Of a stretch of 64,000 nt of DNA, positions 39,909-51,700 are shown piece after piece. The stretch is taken from the NCBI GenBank assembly GCA_964016885.1, contig OZ024740.1:92380001-92444000 (forward strand), read 5' to 3'. Below the pieces are notes generated by a model. It was not told the DNA's origin. It searched no databases and saw nothing but the letters and a program-made list of their open reading frames with translations. Source of the DNA: Eledone cirrhosa (lineage: Eukaryota). The first letter of the stretch is position 1; every line of letters starts with the position of its first letter. The translations under genes were made by a program, and so were the position numbers.

Positions 39909-42900
39909 ATGACCTCACTCACAATAGGCAGCATAAATGCGCGTGGCTTGGGGTCATCGTGAAAGCAGGGCCCCCTGCTCAATGACCTCAGATCACTAAA
40001 CATAGATGTAGTGGCCATCAGCGTGACCAGATCTAAGCACAGGCCTTCGCACCGATCTTGTGTACGCATTTTTTAGCTGTCCTGGATCGGAGGGGGGGGA
40101 GTTGCTGTGCTTATTCGGAGAGGTTTGGATCTCCCCATACGGGCCATCTTCCTGGATCCAGAAGGTAAGTTTGTGGTGCTGGACGTGACCAGTGGAACTG
40201 GATCTTAGATGCACGCTGGGATTGTGTGGGATTAGCGGATAAGGGAGGAGGGTGCAAGAGCCTCACCAACCTGCTCAGGCGTTTTGAACTGTCTGACATA
40301 TACCGATTGGATTCCCCGAATGTGCCAATGTGGACTTGGACAAACCCTATCGGGTCATCCAGATCATGTCAAGATAGAGTATTTTGTAGGGAAATAGATA
40401 GGTATAGCATAGGCTGTCCACAATTCAAGATAGTCAGCTACACGGACTACAAATTCTTCATCTGGGTGCTTGACTTAGATAGGTTTCATAGACGAGGACC
40501 CGGCTACTGGAAGCTAAACGCGTCCTTACCAGCGCGCAAGCCTACAGAGACCGGATTAGCGAACTAGTTAAGCGGGCGATGACGGGGGGCCATCGTCAAC
40601 AACAAGTGGTGGTTTGCTCGGAAAAGAGCGATTTGAATAGAATCCATTTGGTTTAGTAAGGCTTTAGCAATAGAGAACAATAGAACAGAGGGAGAATTAG
40701 TTAGAAAATGAGACGCGGCGCTTAGCAAAGGCATCGCGACCGACGTGCTTGCGGCGAAATTGGCCCTTGATCAATTCTTCAATGCAAAGCGAGAAGGCTG
40801 CTTTGTCAGAGCTAGGGTGCGTGCTCTCAAACACGAAGGGACGAAAGCCGTTCAAAGGGCCCGAGTGACAGAGGCGCGTCGTGGCAACAAAGCCACGATC
40901 CGGTCTTTGGTGGACCACGACGGGCGCATGCTACTCGATCACGGGCAAAATTGTGAAGCTTTTCAGCGACACTTTGCTCAGCTGTTCGGGGGAAGCGGTG
41001 GGCCGGGTCGACGGATGGACTTTAGTGTCTACCTCGATGGACTGCGGCGGCTCTCGGCGACTGAGGCGGAGTGTTGCACAAAGCCGATAACAGCCGCTGA
41101 AGTACGGGAGGCAATTACTGGCTGCACAAGGGGTAAATCGCCTAGTTTGGATGGTCTGCCCTATGAAATTTACGTACACTTGCCAGACTTGTTCGGAGGC
41201 CTCTAGGCGGACGTCTACTGCAACTGGCAACATAACGGGAGAATGTCCAGCTCTGTGAGCCGAGGAGAGGTGACACTGCTGAGAAAGGATCCGAACAAGG
41301 GGGATAACATAGATAATTTCAGGCCCATAACTCTGCTAAACACAGAGTTCAAGATTTTGGCCACGGTGTTAGCAAAGAGGTTGGGGCTTGTCGTTGGTGT
41401 TCTGGTGGGAGAGGCGCAAACATGCGCCATTCCCGACAGATCCATCCACGACAAATCTCCACCTCATGCGATACATTGTAGAGAGGGTAGCTAGGCAACC
41501 TGGCACGGGTGGGCCCTTGGTCAATTTAGATCAGTCGAAAGCTTTCGATAGGGTCGACCATCGTTACCTAGCGGCAGTCCTGAGTGCGGCTGGCTTTGGC
41601 CCCGTCTTCAGAGGCTGGATCGCTGCCATGCACAGCGACATCTGCTCTGTGGTGAGAGTGAACGGACACCTTTCGGAACCGTTCAACATCATGCGCTCGG
41701 TCCGCCAAATATGTCCCATCTCGTCCCTCTCGTACGTATTAACTCTCGAGCCATTACTGCACAAACTGGAGATGTTGAGGGGCGTCCCGCGCGAACTAGG
41801 ATTCGGAAGATCCGTTTCAGAATATGCGTACGATGTTGCCGTAGTGGTGTCGAACGCCAAATACCTCGAGGCGATCGGCACTACACTAAGAGAATACGAA
41901 GCGGTGACAGGAGCAATGATCAACCAGGAAAAGTCAGTGGGCCTGCAGCTCGGCACCTGGAGAGGCAGGTCCATGCCGTCCAACAGCATCGTCGGACTCT
42001 GGACGGACTGGTTAAATTACTAGAGGTCTGGTTTGGTCCCGACCTCCAGACGGACAAAAACTGGGACGAGGTGACGAGCAGGGTGGCTTCTCTCACCCAG
42101 AAATGGGCAGAGAGGAAGCTATCCCTGAAAGGTTGAGCGGAGGTGTCTAACGCGTACGTCGCGTCTGTCAGCTGCTACCGCCTGACCGTCGTACCTTGTC
42201 CTAAGCCCCGTCTGCCTGTGCTGGAGCGTTTGCTCTTTCGCTTTTTGTGGAAGTGACGCGCTCCGATGGTCAGGCGGTCCATCTGCTGTCAACACCCGCT
42301 ACGTGGAGGGCTGGGCATGCCATGGCTGATGATGCGCAGACACGCGCTCAGGCTACGACATCTCTACCTCTTCCTCGACGGTGATCAGGTGTGGTCGCCA
42401 TTTGCTAGACACGTATTTCCTCAGCTCGTCTCCTTGAGGGAGCTGCAGACCTGGGTCAAGCGAAGACCGAGAGGGAGCGCCTGGAGACTGGAATGTCTTC
42501 AGGCGCTCACAGCCCTCGACCAATCGGGCAATGTGATCGGTGGAAACTCCACCTCGGCGTTCTATAGAGGATTATTGGAGGGGAAGAGCGACGACGTACT
42601 TGGGGAAACTCTAGACGTCGACGAATATCAACTAGCCAATCTCTTCGGAAGAACTTTCGGGCCGTACCTATGGACAACTTCCAGAAATCTCTGGCCTGGC
42701 AGTGCTACCGAGGAGCCCTGCCAGTTCGGGATAAACTCTACAGGCATGGAGGTGCCGTCAGCCGGGCATGTCCCAGATGCGCGCAAAGAGACGAATCCTT
42801 CCAGCACGCACTCGTCCAGTGTTCGAAAATTACTGACTTGTGGGTTTATGTCGAACACCTGCTGTCGCGTGTTGGAAGGATCCGGCTATCAGCTGAGTTC

Positions 42901-43185
42901 ATCGTGAGGAATGCCCCGCCCTCCTCCTTTAGCCGGGAATGGCAGGCAGTTTTTATCTGTCTGGTGGCCACGGCGAAAGAGATAGTATGGTGGAGACGTT
43001 TGAAAGGGCTGAAGACGAGCACTTACCTCTTCGGTGATGCCCTGATTGACTTTTTCAAATTTCATTGGAAAAGGAAAATCAGAGTAGAGAGGGAAGTGCT
43101 CTCTTCCCAGCATTTTGTTGAAAGATAGGTGAGAGAAGCAAGAATGGCCCGAGTGAATGGGCCTACTCTGAGTACGTATCTGTAA
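39909..43185 (+). pseudogene. T2 ORF2 (APE + RT), disrupted
   Basis: ORFs 40226-40567, 40745-41206, 41243-41494, 41388-42023, 42266-42907 and 42670-43128. Confidence 0.88.
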
Positions 43186-43464
43186 ATTAAAGGTGGAAAA
43201 CTGGGAGAAGGCACTTGCCTTGGTGGTCAGGGTCACTGTGGCCTTTTACTGGGCTTTCTCCACAAATGTCGCTCCGAAGTCTCCCCCCTATTGGGGAATT
43301 TTTGATTGTTATTTTTTTTTGTTACATCCTCTGTTTTTGTTTTTTACACGCTGAAATGCCCATTTTTACCGTCCTGTATGGTCCTGCACTGTCATTAATG
43401 TCTACTTTATGTAAACCCTTGTGGTTAATATAGAAATCATTATTATTATTATTATTATTATTAT

Positions 43465-45285
43465 TGTTCTTTGAGTCTCAGTCAGTGATGTTAGTTAACT
43501 GGAAAGTTTGTTGAAATGAATATCAATCCACTACCTGCAGCCTCATATGTTCAGGACGTATCGGAGGGTTCGGGCTGTTCCCAGCAAGCATGCCTTTTGA
43601 AGCGTTCCAAAAAGCGTGAAGGGGCCAATTTTCTTTAACCATCCCTGGAAACGTTTTGAGATAGTCCCTAGCGCGCCTATGACAATCGGGATCATTTTGA
43701 CTTCATGGCAGTTCCAAATCCTTTTTACCTCCCACTTTAAGTCCTGGTATCGGTTAATTTCCCCCCTCTCTTTCTCTTGCACTCTCGTGTCGAATGTGCA
43801 GGCCACATCCACAATCAGGCACAATCTTTTTTCTTTGTCCAAAACCACCAGGTCAGGTCTATTGTGTTCCAGTTTCTTGTCCGTCTGTATCCTAAAATCC
43901 CTGTGGATTTCTATTTGCTGGTTTTTCTTAGAGCCAAGCGCAACTGTTTTTGAACATATTATTGTCCTTATAGAATCTAGATCGTTTTTCAAAGCACCTT
44001 ATACGAGCAGCTTTGGCCGACACTTTTTGCTTGATTATTTCTATCAGCATGTCTATCTCACTTGTTGATTTTATATTGAACTTTCTTTTCAATTTTCTAA
44101 GTTTAGTTTGTTTAACATGTTCACCTACTTTATAGTTTGTTAAAATTTCTATGACAGATCGGAGAAGGTTTATTTGGCCATTGATGTTCTCTTGCCAAGT
44201 AAATTTCTTGTAGGAATTCCTTTGTTGTTTCATCTTCACTCCACATAAGTGAGTGGTGACTTTAGCCGATGCATAATAGAGATGATTTAAATCAGTAATG
44301 TTTAGTTTGTTTGTGACGATAATATTTTTGAGAATTATGTTAGTCTTGTGTATTATCTTTTGGCTCTGTTTGGAGTTCTGGATCTTAGGGAGGGTGTCTC
44401 GTTGCCCCATGTCAGATTCTTTCATTTTCATCCATTCGATCATAATTTCATCCTTCAAGTTGGCAAGTTCATTCTCATTCATTTCTTTATCATTTCCGAC
44501 CTCATTATTTTCATTTGGAGTTTCATCTTGAGCATGCACTCCCTCCACTTTTTCGATCCTTTCTTTAATGTGTTCTGTTGCCAGTGATTCCGCCCCAACC
44601 CCGGGGTTCGAAGTGTTACAATTTACCTCGTTTTCACTGACACAAGTTTCATTTTCCCTTCGCTGACTTTGTGCTAATAGCTTGATCTGATCAATTTCTA
44701 TATCAGTTAGTAACATTTTTTTTACAATATTTCTTCGTATATTGGCTAGTTTGTTACTGTCAATATAGCCTCTACTTTCGGGATGTTTCTTTTTCCAGTT
44801 GATATATGTCTGTTCTGTATTCGATGTATTTGATGCGTAGTACATGGAAGTGTAGAAAGCCTCAAGGACTTCTTTATTATCTTCCCTTGACCATTTTTCT
44901 CTCTTTTTCTTTGGATTTCTTGGTTGTGAGCATGGAGGGCCAACAGTAGGAGTATTTCGGTTATGGGAGGTCTCCAGCTCCGAAGTTATGGGAAGGTTTG
45001 AACCATTAGCTGATTTTTCGACCCCAGTCTGGTTCCTCTCTGAGGGACGCGGCCCTTTTTTACCCGGGTGACGGCCGATCCGGTATGAGATTTTATCATT
45101 AGACATTTACTTTATTTTGTCGCCTTTTATCCTTATCCGCCAAGGGGTAATCATTTCGTGTTACCACTTCTAGAACGAGTGTCAACCAAGACTAGAGGGG
45201 TCGTTCTCCCCTAGAGACACGGCTATTCCCCGCCGGCCGCCATCCCGGTGTTTCTTGGTCACGGGGTTTTCTTTTTTGTTGTTTT
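43465..45285 (-). mobile_element. Chimeric, RT-less R4/Dong element: D-B 5' UTR and N-terminus joined to the D-A endonuclease and 3' UTR
   Basis: ORF 43928-45106 (392 aa) matches D-B at 30040-30963; 43465-43900 matches the D-A 3' end; junction at 43900. Confidence 0.85.
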
Positions 45286-45734
45286 TTAAATTGTTATTAT
45301 CATGAGTGGTTCCTTAATGTGAGCATTGCTTGGCTTAAGAATGAAATTATTAATAATTGTCTCCACTCCAGGCACAAGGCCAGCAATCACCCAGTGCATT
45401 ACAATAATACAATATACTTTTTGATGAAGTTGCCTGTTATTGTTGTTGGCTATGTCGGTGGTGGTGTTGGGGCTTTTTATATTGTTGGTGATGAAGGGGG
45501 GAGCCAGCAGAGCCATAGTTGTTGACGTTTGGCCGGTGGCCGGGTCACTCAGTCAATCTATTTATATCTTTTGCTAGCCTCTACCTTGTCTAGTGATACC
45601 GCCACCCTCCCCTTTCTTAAGTTAACAGTGGAATAGTGGTGGTAGCAATGAAGGAGTGGTGGCGGTGGTGATGGATAGTGGTAGCAATGATGGATGGAGT
45701 GGTGGCGGCGGTGGCGTTGTCGTTACTGAGTTTT

Positions 45735-45875
45735 GTTGAATGGACTAGTTTTTTTTGATATGTAGTATCAATGCGTTTGTGTCGCGTATGTTTAATATAT
45801 GTGTTGAATAGACTAGTTTTGTTTGATCTGTAGTATCTATGCGTTTGTGTCGCGTATGTTTAATATATGTGTTGA
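45735..45875. repeat. Tandem duplication, two units of roughly 70 bp
   Basis: GTTGAAT.GACTAGTTTT..TGCGTTTGTGTCGCGTATGTTTAATATATGT occurs twice. Confidence 0.85.
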
Positions 45876-46344
45876 CACATTGGCTTAATACTGGGATTAA
45901 ACACTTTGTTAAAACTTGAGACAATAATAATAGTAATTATTATTATGATGTTGGGATTGGTGGTGGTGGTGGTGAAATTGCCGATATCTGGCTGTTATAT
46001 TTAGTGTACACAGCGGGGTGATGGGGTAAGTGGTGTATCAAATTTCTGGTGTTGGTGAAATTGCTGTTATTTGGCTCTTCTATATAGTGTAGACAGAGGG
46101 GGTTTTCTTCCATTTATAACCATTTTCTTTTTTGAATATAAAATATATAATACAAAATTGAATAATTTAGCGATATAACAATATATTACGGATCCTAATT
46201 TTTATAAGACTTGATTCGGTGATTTATGCATCATTTGTACTAAGAATTGTTATTTCACAATTGATTTAAATATGTTGAAAATCAAAAACTTACGGGAGCG
46301 ATTTCATGACCTTCTACCACCTCGTGCGTCTTATTCCCTTCTTT

Positions 46345-46361
46345 TTCTTCTTCTTCTTCTT

Positions 46362-46457
<96 letters not shown>

Positions 46458-46458
46458 G
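46345..46458. repeat. (TTC)n(TTA)n compound microsatellite
   Basis: Direct reading. Confidence 0.95.
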
Positions 46459-48295
46459 TTATTCCTTGAATCTCAGTCATTGACGTTGGTTAACTGGAAA
46501 GTCCGTTGGAATGAATATCAAGCCACTACCTGCAGCCTCAGATATTCAGGACGTATCGGAGGGTTATTGCTGTTCCAAGCAAGCATGCCTTTTGAAGCGT
46601 TCCAAAAAGCGTGAAGGGGCCGATTTTCTTTAACCATCCCTGGAAACTTTTGGAGATAGTCCCCAGTGCGCCTATGACAATCGGGATCACTTTGACTTCA
46701 TGGCAGTTCCAAATCCTTTTTACCTCCCACTTTAGGTCCTGGTATCGGTTAACTTTCTCCCTCTCCTTCTCTTGCATTCTCGTGTCGAACGGGCAGGCCA
46801 CATCCACAATCAGACACGATCTTTTTTCTTTGTCCACAACCACCAGGTCAGGTCTATTGTGTTCCAGTTTTTTGTCCGTCTGTATCCTAAAATCCCACAG
46901 CACCTTCACCTGATTGTTCTCCATCACCGCCTCTGGCCTATGCTCATACCATTTCTCAGAATGTGGTAAATTGTTTACTTTGCACAGGTGCCAGTGGATC
47001 ACCCTGCCCATCACATCGTGTCTCCAGCCCTTATAGTGGGTCTGGGCTAGGTGTTTACACTCGGACACAATGTGAGCCACAGTCTCCTCTCTCTCTCCAC
47101 AGATCCTGCACAGTGGGCTAGCCTCCTCCTTGTAAATATGGTGCTTCAACCACTTCGTTTTGAGGGCCTGCTCCTGCGCAGCCATTAGCATTCCTTCTGT
47201 AGCCTTTTTGAGGTCTCCTCTTCTCAACCAGTTCCATGTCTGTGGATCTCTAAATTCAGTTTTCTCAAAGAAGGTACTATGAAGGGATTTTCCCTTAAGG
47301 CTGCTCTTTCTCCTTGATGTTATTTCCTCCTTGGACATCCCCTGGCCTACTGTCCCCTCCTTCAGTACAGTTCTGAGCATTGGCTCCTTACTATAGGTCA
47401 CGTATTTGTATAGGTTGTTTTTCTCCATCTGAACACAGTCGTCTATGCTGATAAGACCTCTTCCACCCTCAGATCTCCTTAGGTAGAGTCTATCGACATC
47501 ACTCCTCTTGTGGAACATGTTGTAGATAGTCAATAGCTTCCTAATCTTCCTATCCATTTCTTTTTGTTCAGCAACATTCCATCTCATAATTCCCGCACTG
47601 TACCTAATAATAGACACAGCTCGGGAATTTACTGCGCTTATGGCATTTCTGCTGTTCAGATGTGACTTCAATACGCTCCTTACTCTCCGAATGTATTCAG
47701 TTCTTAACAATTCCTTCATTTTTTTGTTCTTTATGCCATCAGCCTCCAGAACGCCCAAATACTTGTATCCTTCCTCAGAGTCATTTTCCTTTATCATCTC
47801 ACCTGTTGGTATCTGGATCCCGTTACTTCTGCTCAACCTACCCCTCCTCAACACAATGACTCCACATTTACCAATACCAAACTGCATACATATATCACTG
47901 CTGAAAATACGGACAGTGTCAACAAGCACATCCAACTCCTTCTCACTTTTCCCGAAGAGCTTAAGATCGTCCATGAAGAGGAGGTGATTGATGGTAAGCT
48001 CTCCCTTTCCCAACTTGTATCTTGCTCACACTTTTCGCAGCATAATGGTCAAGGGCATCAGGGCAAGGACAAACAATAGAGGGCACAGGCTATCTCCCTG
48101 GAAGATACCTCTCTTGATCTTCACGCTTCCCAAGGATACTCCAGTTGATGTCAACTCTGTCTCCCAGGACCCCATACTCCTGCCCAGCAACTGTCTGATG
48201 TTATCTGCCACCCTGAAGATCTCCAGGCTTTTGGTGATCCAAGAATGAGGCACCATGTCAAATGCCTTTCTGTAGTCTATCCATCCCATGGCAAG
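46459..48295 (-). mobile_element. 5'-truncated R4/Dong element (family D-A), young, flanked by (TAA)n on both sides
   Basis: ORFs 48026-48289 (WIDYRKAFDMVPH, GIFQGDSLCP) and 46538-48013 (491 aa: HLLFMDDLKL, GGRGLI, CCHC, PD..D endonuclease); one apparent frameshift. Confidence 0.95.
46538..48289 (-). pseudogene. R4/Dong RT-RLE polyprotein, C-terminal part
   Basis: Motifs as listed for the element. Confidence 0.92.
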
Positions 48296-48342
<47 letters not shown>

Positions 48343-48343
<1 letters not shown>

Positions 48344-48735
48344 GTCGTGGAAGCATACACGTCGCAGGAAATTCTGTTCCCGTAAGTTTGTGATGTTTTA
48401 ACTTAATGTAAAAATCATATTGTTTTGTGTTTAAACACACCCCAATTATTTTGAAGGCGTCAAAATTAATAGCTATTTAGCCCTTCGGGGCTAAATTCCA
48501 ATTTGAACTCTGAATTTAACAAATACGTCTCATCGTGGAAGTATACACGTCGCGGGAAAAAAATATGTTCCCGTAATTTTCTAACTTTTGAACAGTTTTA
48601 TTGCAAACTTAATCTAAAAATCATATTGTTTTTGTGTGTAAACACACCCCGCTTCTTTTGAAGTAGTCGAAATTAATCGATATTTAGCCCGTCGGGGCTA
48701 AATTCCAAATTGAACTTTGCAATTCAGCAAATATC
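48343..48735 (+). repeat. Two ~190-bp tandem monomers in the T3 5' UTR
   Basis: TCGTGGAAG.ATACACGTCGC.GGAAA..TTTAGCCC.TCGGGGCTAAATTCCAA starts at ~48345 and ~48533. Confidence 0.85.
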
Positions 48736-51700
48736 TCCCGCCAAAAAGAAAAAATGTGTCATTCAAAAAATTCATCTCCATGCCGTGTATTCACTCAAAA
48801 ATTACCCTTTCAGCACTCAGCGTGGAATCTCGCTTTCCTTTTCCTCTTCTTCACCAAATAATAAAAGTCAGACGAATGCCACTCTCTCCACTTTCTCAAC
48901 GGCATTCTTGAAGCCGGCTGCTGCTGATAGATTTAACAACAAGGTAGATAGCATCAGCAACGGCAGCATTAAACAAATAACGTCTATGGTAGCAGCAGCG
49001 GCGGCGGCAGCAGCAACACTAACTGGACAAGTAGCAGCAGTAGCGGACGCAACAATGACGCCACTGAAAAAGAGACCACCTCTTTTGCAAAAATAACTAG
49101 CAACGTAGAAACAAATATGATCACAGAGGAGGAGATGGCGGTCGCAAGAAAAATGGTAGCCAGAAGTGAATTTTAAGTGTCCTTGAAACCACCAACCAAC
49201 TTCCTGTAGCAACTAGAATGACGCACACTATCAAACCGCACGATTGCCATGAAATCGCGTCGTGTGGAGAAATTCAGAAGGCCTTGTGATCTGTGTGGGC
49301 ACAGAAAACCCACATCACCCGTGGCAAGAAACATGCAACTGTAGACGTCCTTTTTGCTACCACCTAGGAAGGAAAATCGCAACACTAACATGAAAACAAA
49401 TACCGACAACACCAACAGCAACAATACCAACTGCACCGAGAACAACGGTGGCAACAAAGACAACAATGATAACAGCGACAGTGTTAGCAACAACCCTAAC
49501 AAGAACAACGACAACGACCACAACACCCCCAATGAAAAGAAGAAGAACACTTTCGCTACGCCAGCAGCAAAAAAGAGGCCATGCTTCAACATGGACCTCT
49601 CAAACAAAGATGAAAAGTTGACCAAGGCATGGAAGCTCATCAAGCAAGTGCAAACCTGGGGCAACTTAACAGTTCTGGTAGAAGCTGTTGAGGCACTGGA
49701 GCGCAGAATGGTGCATTATAGATGCATCTTAGCACAAACCAAAAGGGCAGCTTTAATCCCACAAGAAGATGTCGAAGTCGCGCTGAGGTGTATGAGAGAC
49801 GACAACAAATACATAGAGAGGGGAAGACAGTACGGCACCATTTCGGTATTGTTCAAGTCAGAAGCCCTCGCTATGAAACACGCTATGACTCCTTGCAAAA
49901 CCAGCAAGGTCATAATGTACCCCCACCACGTGGGAAAAAGAACGACCCGTCTCCGCATTACCAGAATCTCACCAGGACTTGAATGTGTGATTGTGGAGGG
50001 AACGAATACCGTCCCGATAGAAGTGACAAGAACGGCCAGAGAGGACGGATCCGGGGTTGACCTGGAGATACTTCTCCAGATTAGACCCAAGAACGTGGAG
50101 ACAATCCCGGACGACATCCGCCTTCAGAATGGAACGGTCATTCATATTATGACCGAGGGCAAAAGGCCGCATTGTTTTGTTTGCGGGGAAAATCCCATTT
50201 GTGAGCCTTTTACCCTCAACTGCTGAGATATGCAGGGGTCGAAGGACGACTCCACTGCTGCCGACGCCGGGGCGAGGACCTCAACATCAGCAGCACCGGC
50301 AAAACCACCAACAACAACACCAATAGAAAGATAAACACTAACATTGACCACCCAGGGGGGAAACGAGGAAAGTTGTCCAATTCCCCCTCTCCACAACAAA
50401 AAATACACATATCAATAAAAACATAAACACACACACAGACACACTTACAGACACAGACCCCTCATCTACCAGTAGTCAAGATGAGAGAAAATCAAAATCC
50501 GCCAAAATACAAAAAAGGAAACACAAAAAGAAAAAAAAAAACTCAACAAAGCACAAATTCACCCACAATAAAAAATGCAGACACCACCCACGCAAACATC
50601 TCTCCAATAACAGCAACATCAACACCACCATAACCATCACCAGAATCCCCCAAACGCAAACAACCTAAACAGACGCAAGAACAAATACACACACAACATT
50701 CTGAAACCAAAGACACCGCACTCACAACAAACACAGACACAACCGAAACAACACCACCAATACCATCACCACCACAGCCATAGAAAGAAAGAAAATCACA
50801 CCAACGCTACATGCATAACTTTGTGCTCGTCAGGAGGGCCAACAAGGAACTGATGGCCCTCGTAGCACGAAGTGAAAATGTACAAAATGAGGGAGACATT
50901 TTAAAATCGAGCACATTTCGCGTGCCGGAAGATTTGCTTCTGGTGCTAAAGTCGCTCGATTTATACAAAGAGTTACGAGACAGATTTCCTCTGGATGTGG
51001 GAACCCCAAATGTAAAACCCACTTCAACACTTTTAAAGGGGTTGCCAAAAGAAACCCCACCAACTATGGAAGTCGAAACACCCGACCTTCACAAGAGCCC
51101 TGAAGGTAAGTAAACCTTTCCTCTCTCTCTTTTAACCTGCCACCATGGCCGTATTAAGAGTAGGAAGTTTAAATGTTCGAGGCCTGGGATCGTCCTGGCA
51201 GAAGGGTTACCCGGTCAACGACCTGAGTTCTCTAGAAATGGATGTAATTGCCGTCAGCAAGACAACGCGCGCACTACACCCATTTTCGACGACTATCAGA
51301 TATTTGCATCTGTTAAACGGCAGGGAATGGCAGGCGCTATGGCAGTGCTGTTTAGGAAAGGCCTGGATCTCGAGGTAAGGAAGTTGGTGGTCCTGGACGT
51401 GAACAATAAGGAAGGTGGTGCCTTTAGACTGGTGGCCGTCTATGCCCCTACTGGGGTAGGGCGGCCGGACTTCTTTAGACGCCTGGAAGCCTTTCTGGGT
51501 ACGTCTCACCCATTACTGTTAGCGGGGGACAGGAACGGCATCTTAGATGCACACTGGGACTGTGTTGGAGTATCCGATAGGAGCGGGGGGTGCAAAAGCC
51601 TCAAGAACCCGATCAGCCAGTTCCAACTGTCTGACAGGTACTGACTAGATTTCACTAATGCGCCAGTGTGGACCTGGACTAACCGAATAGGGTCATCAAT

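Larger units (their letters stand above)
37730..43440 (+). mobile_element. Tx1/L1-clade LINE copy T2, apparently full length, flanked by (ATT)n on both sides
   Basis: Starts after (ATT)n at 37672-37730; ORF1 knuckle VEGRRPRCVVCGEGTHLSAVCP; ORF2 from ATG 39909 (IGSINARGL) with RT motifs and CPRCAQRDESFQHALVQC; ends before (ATT)n at 43439. Confidence 0.92.
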
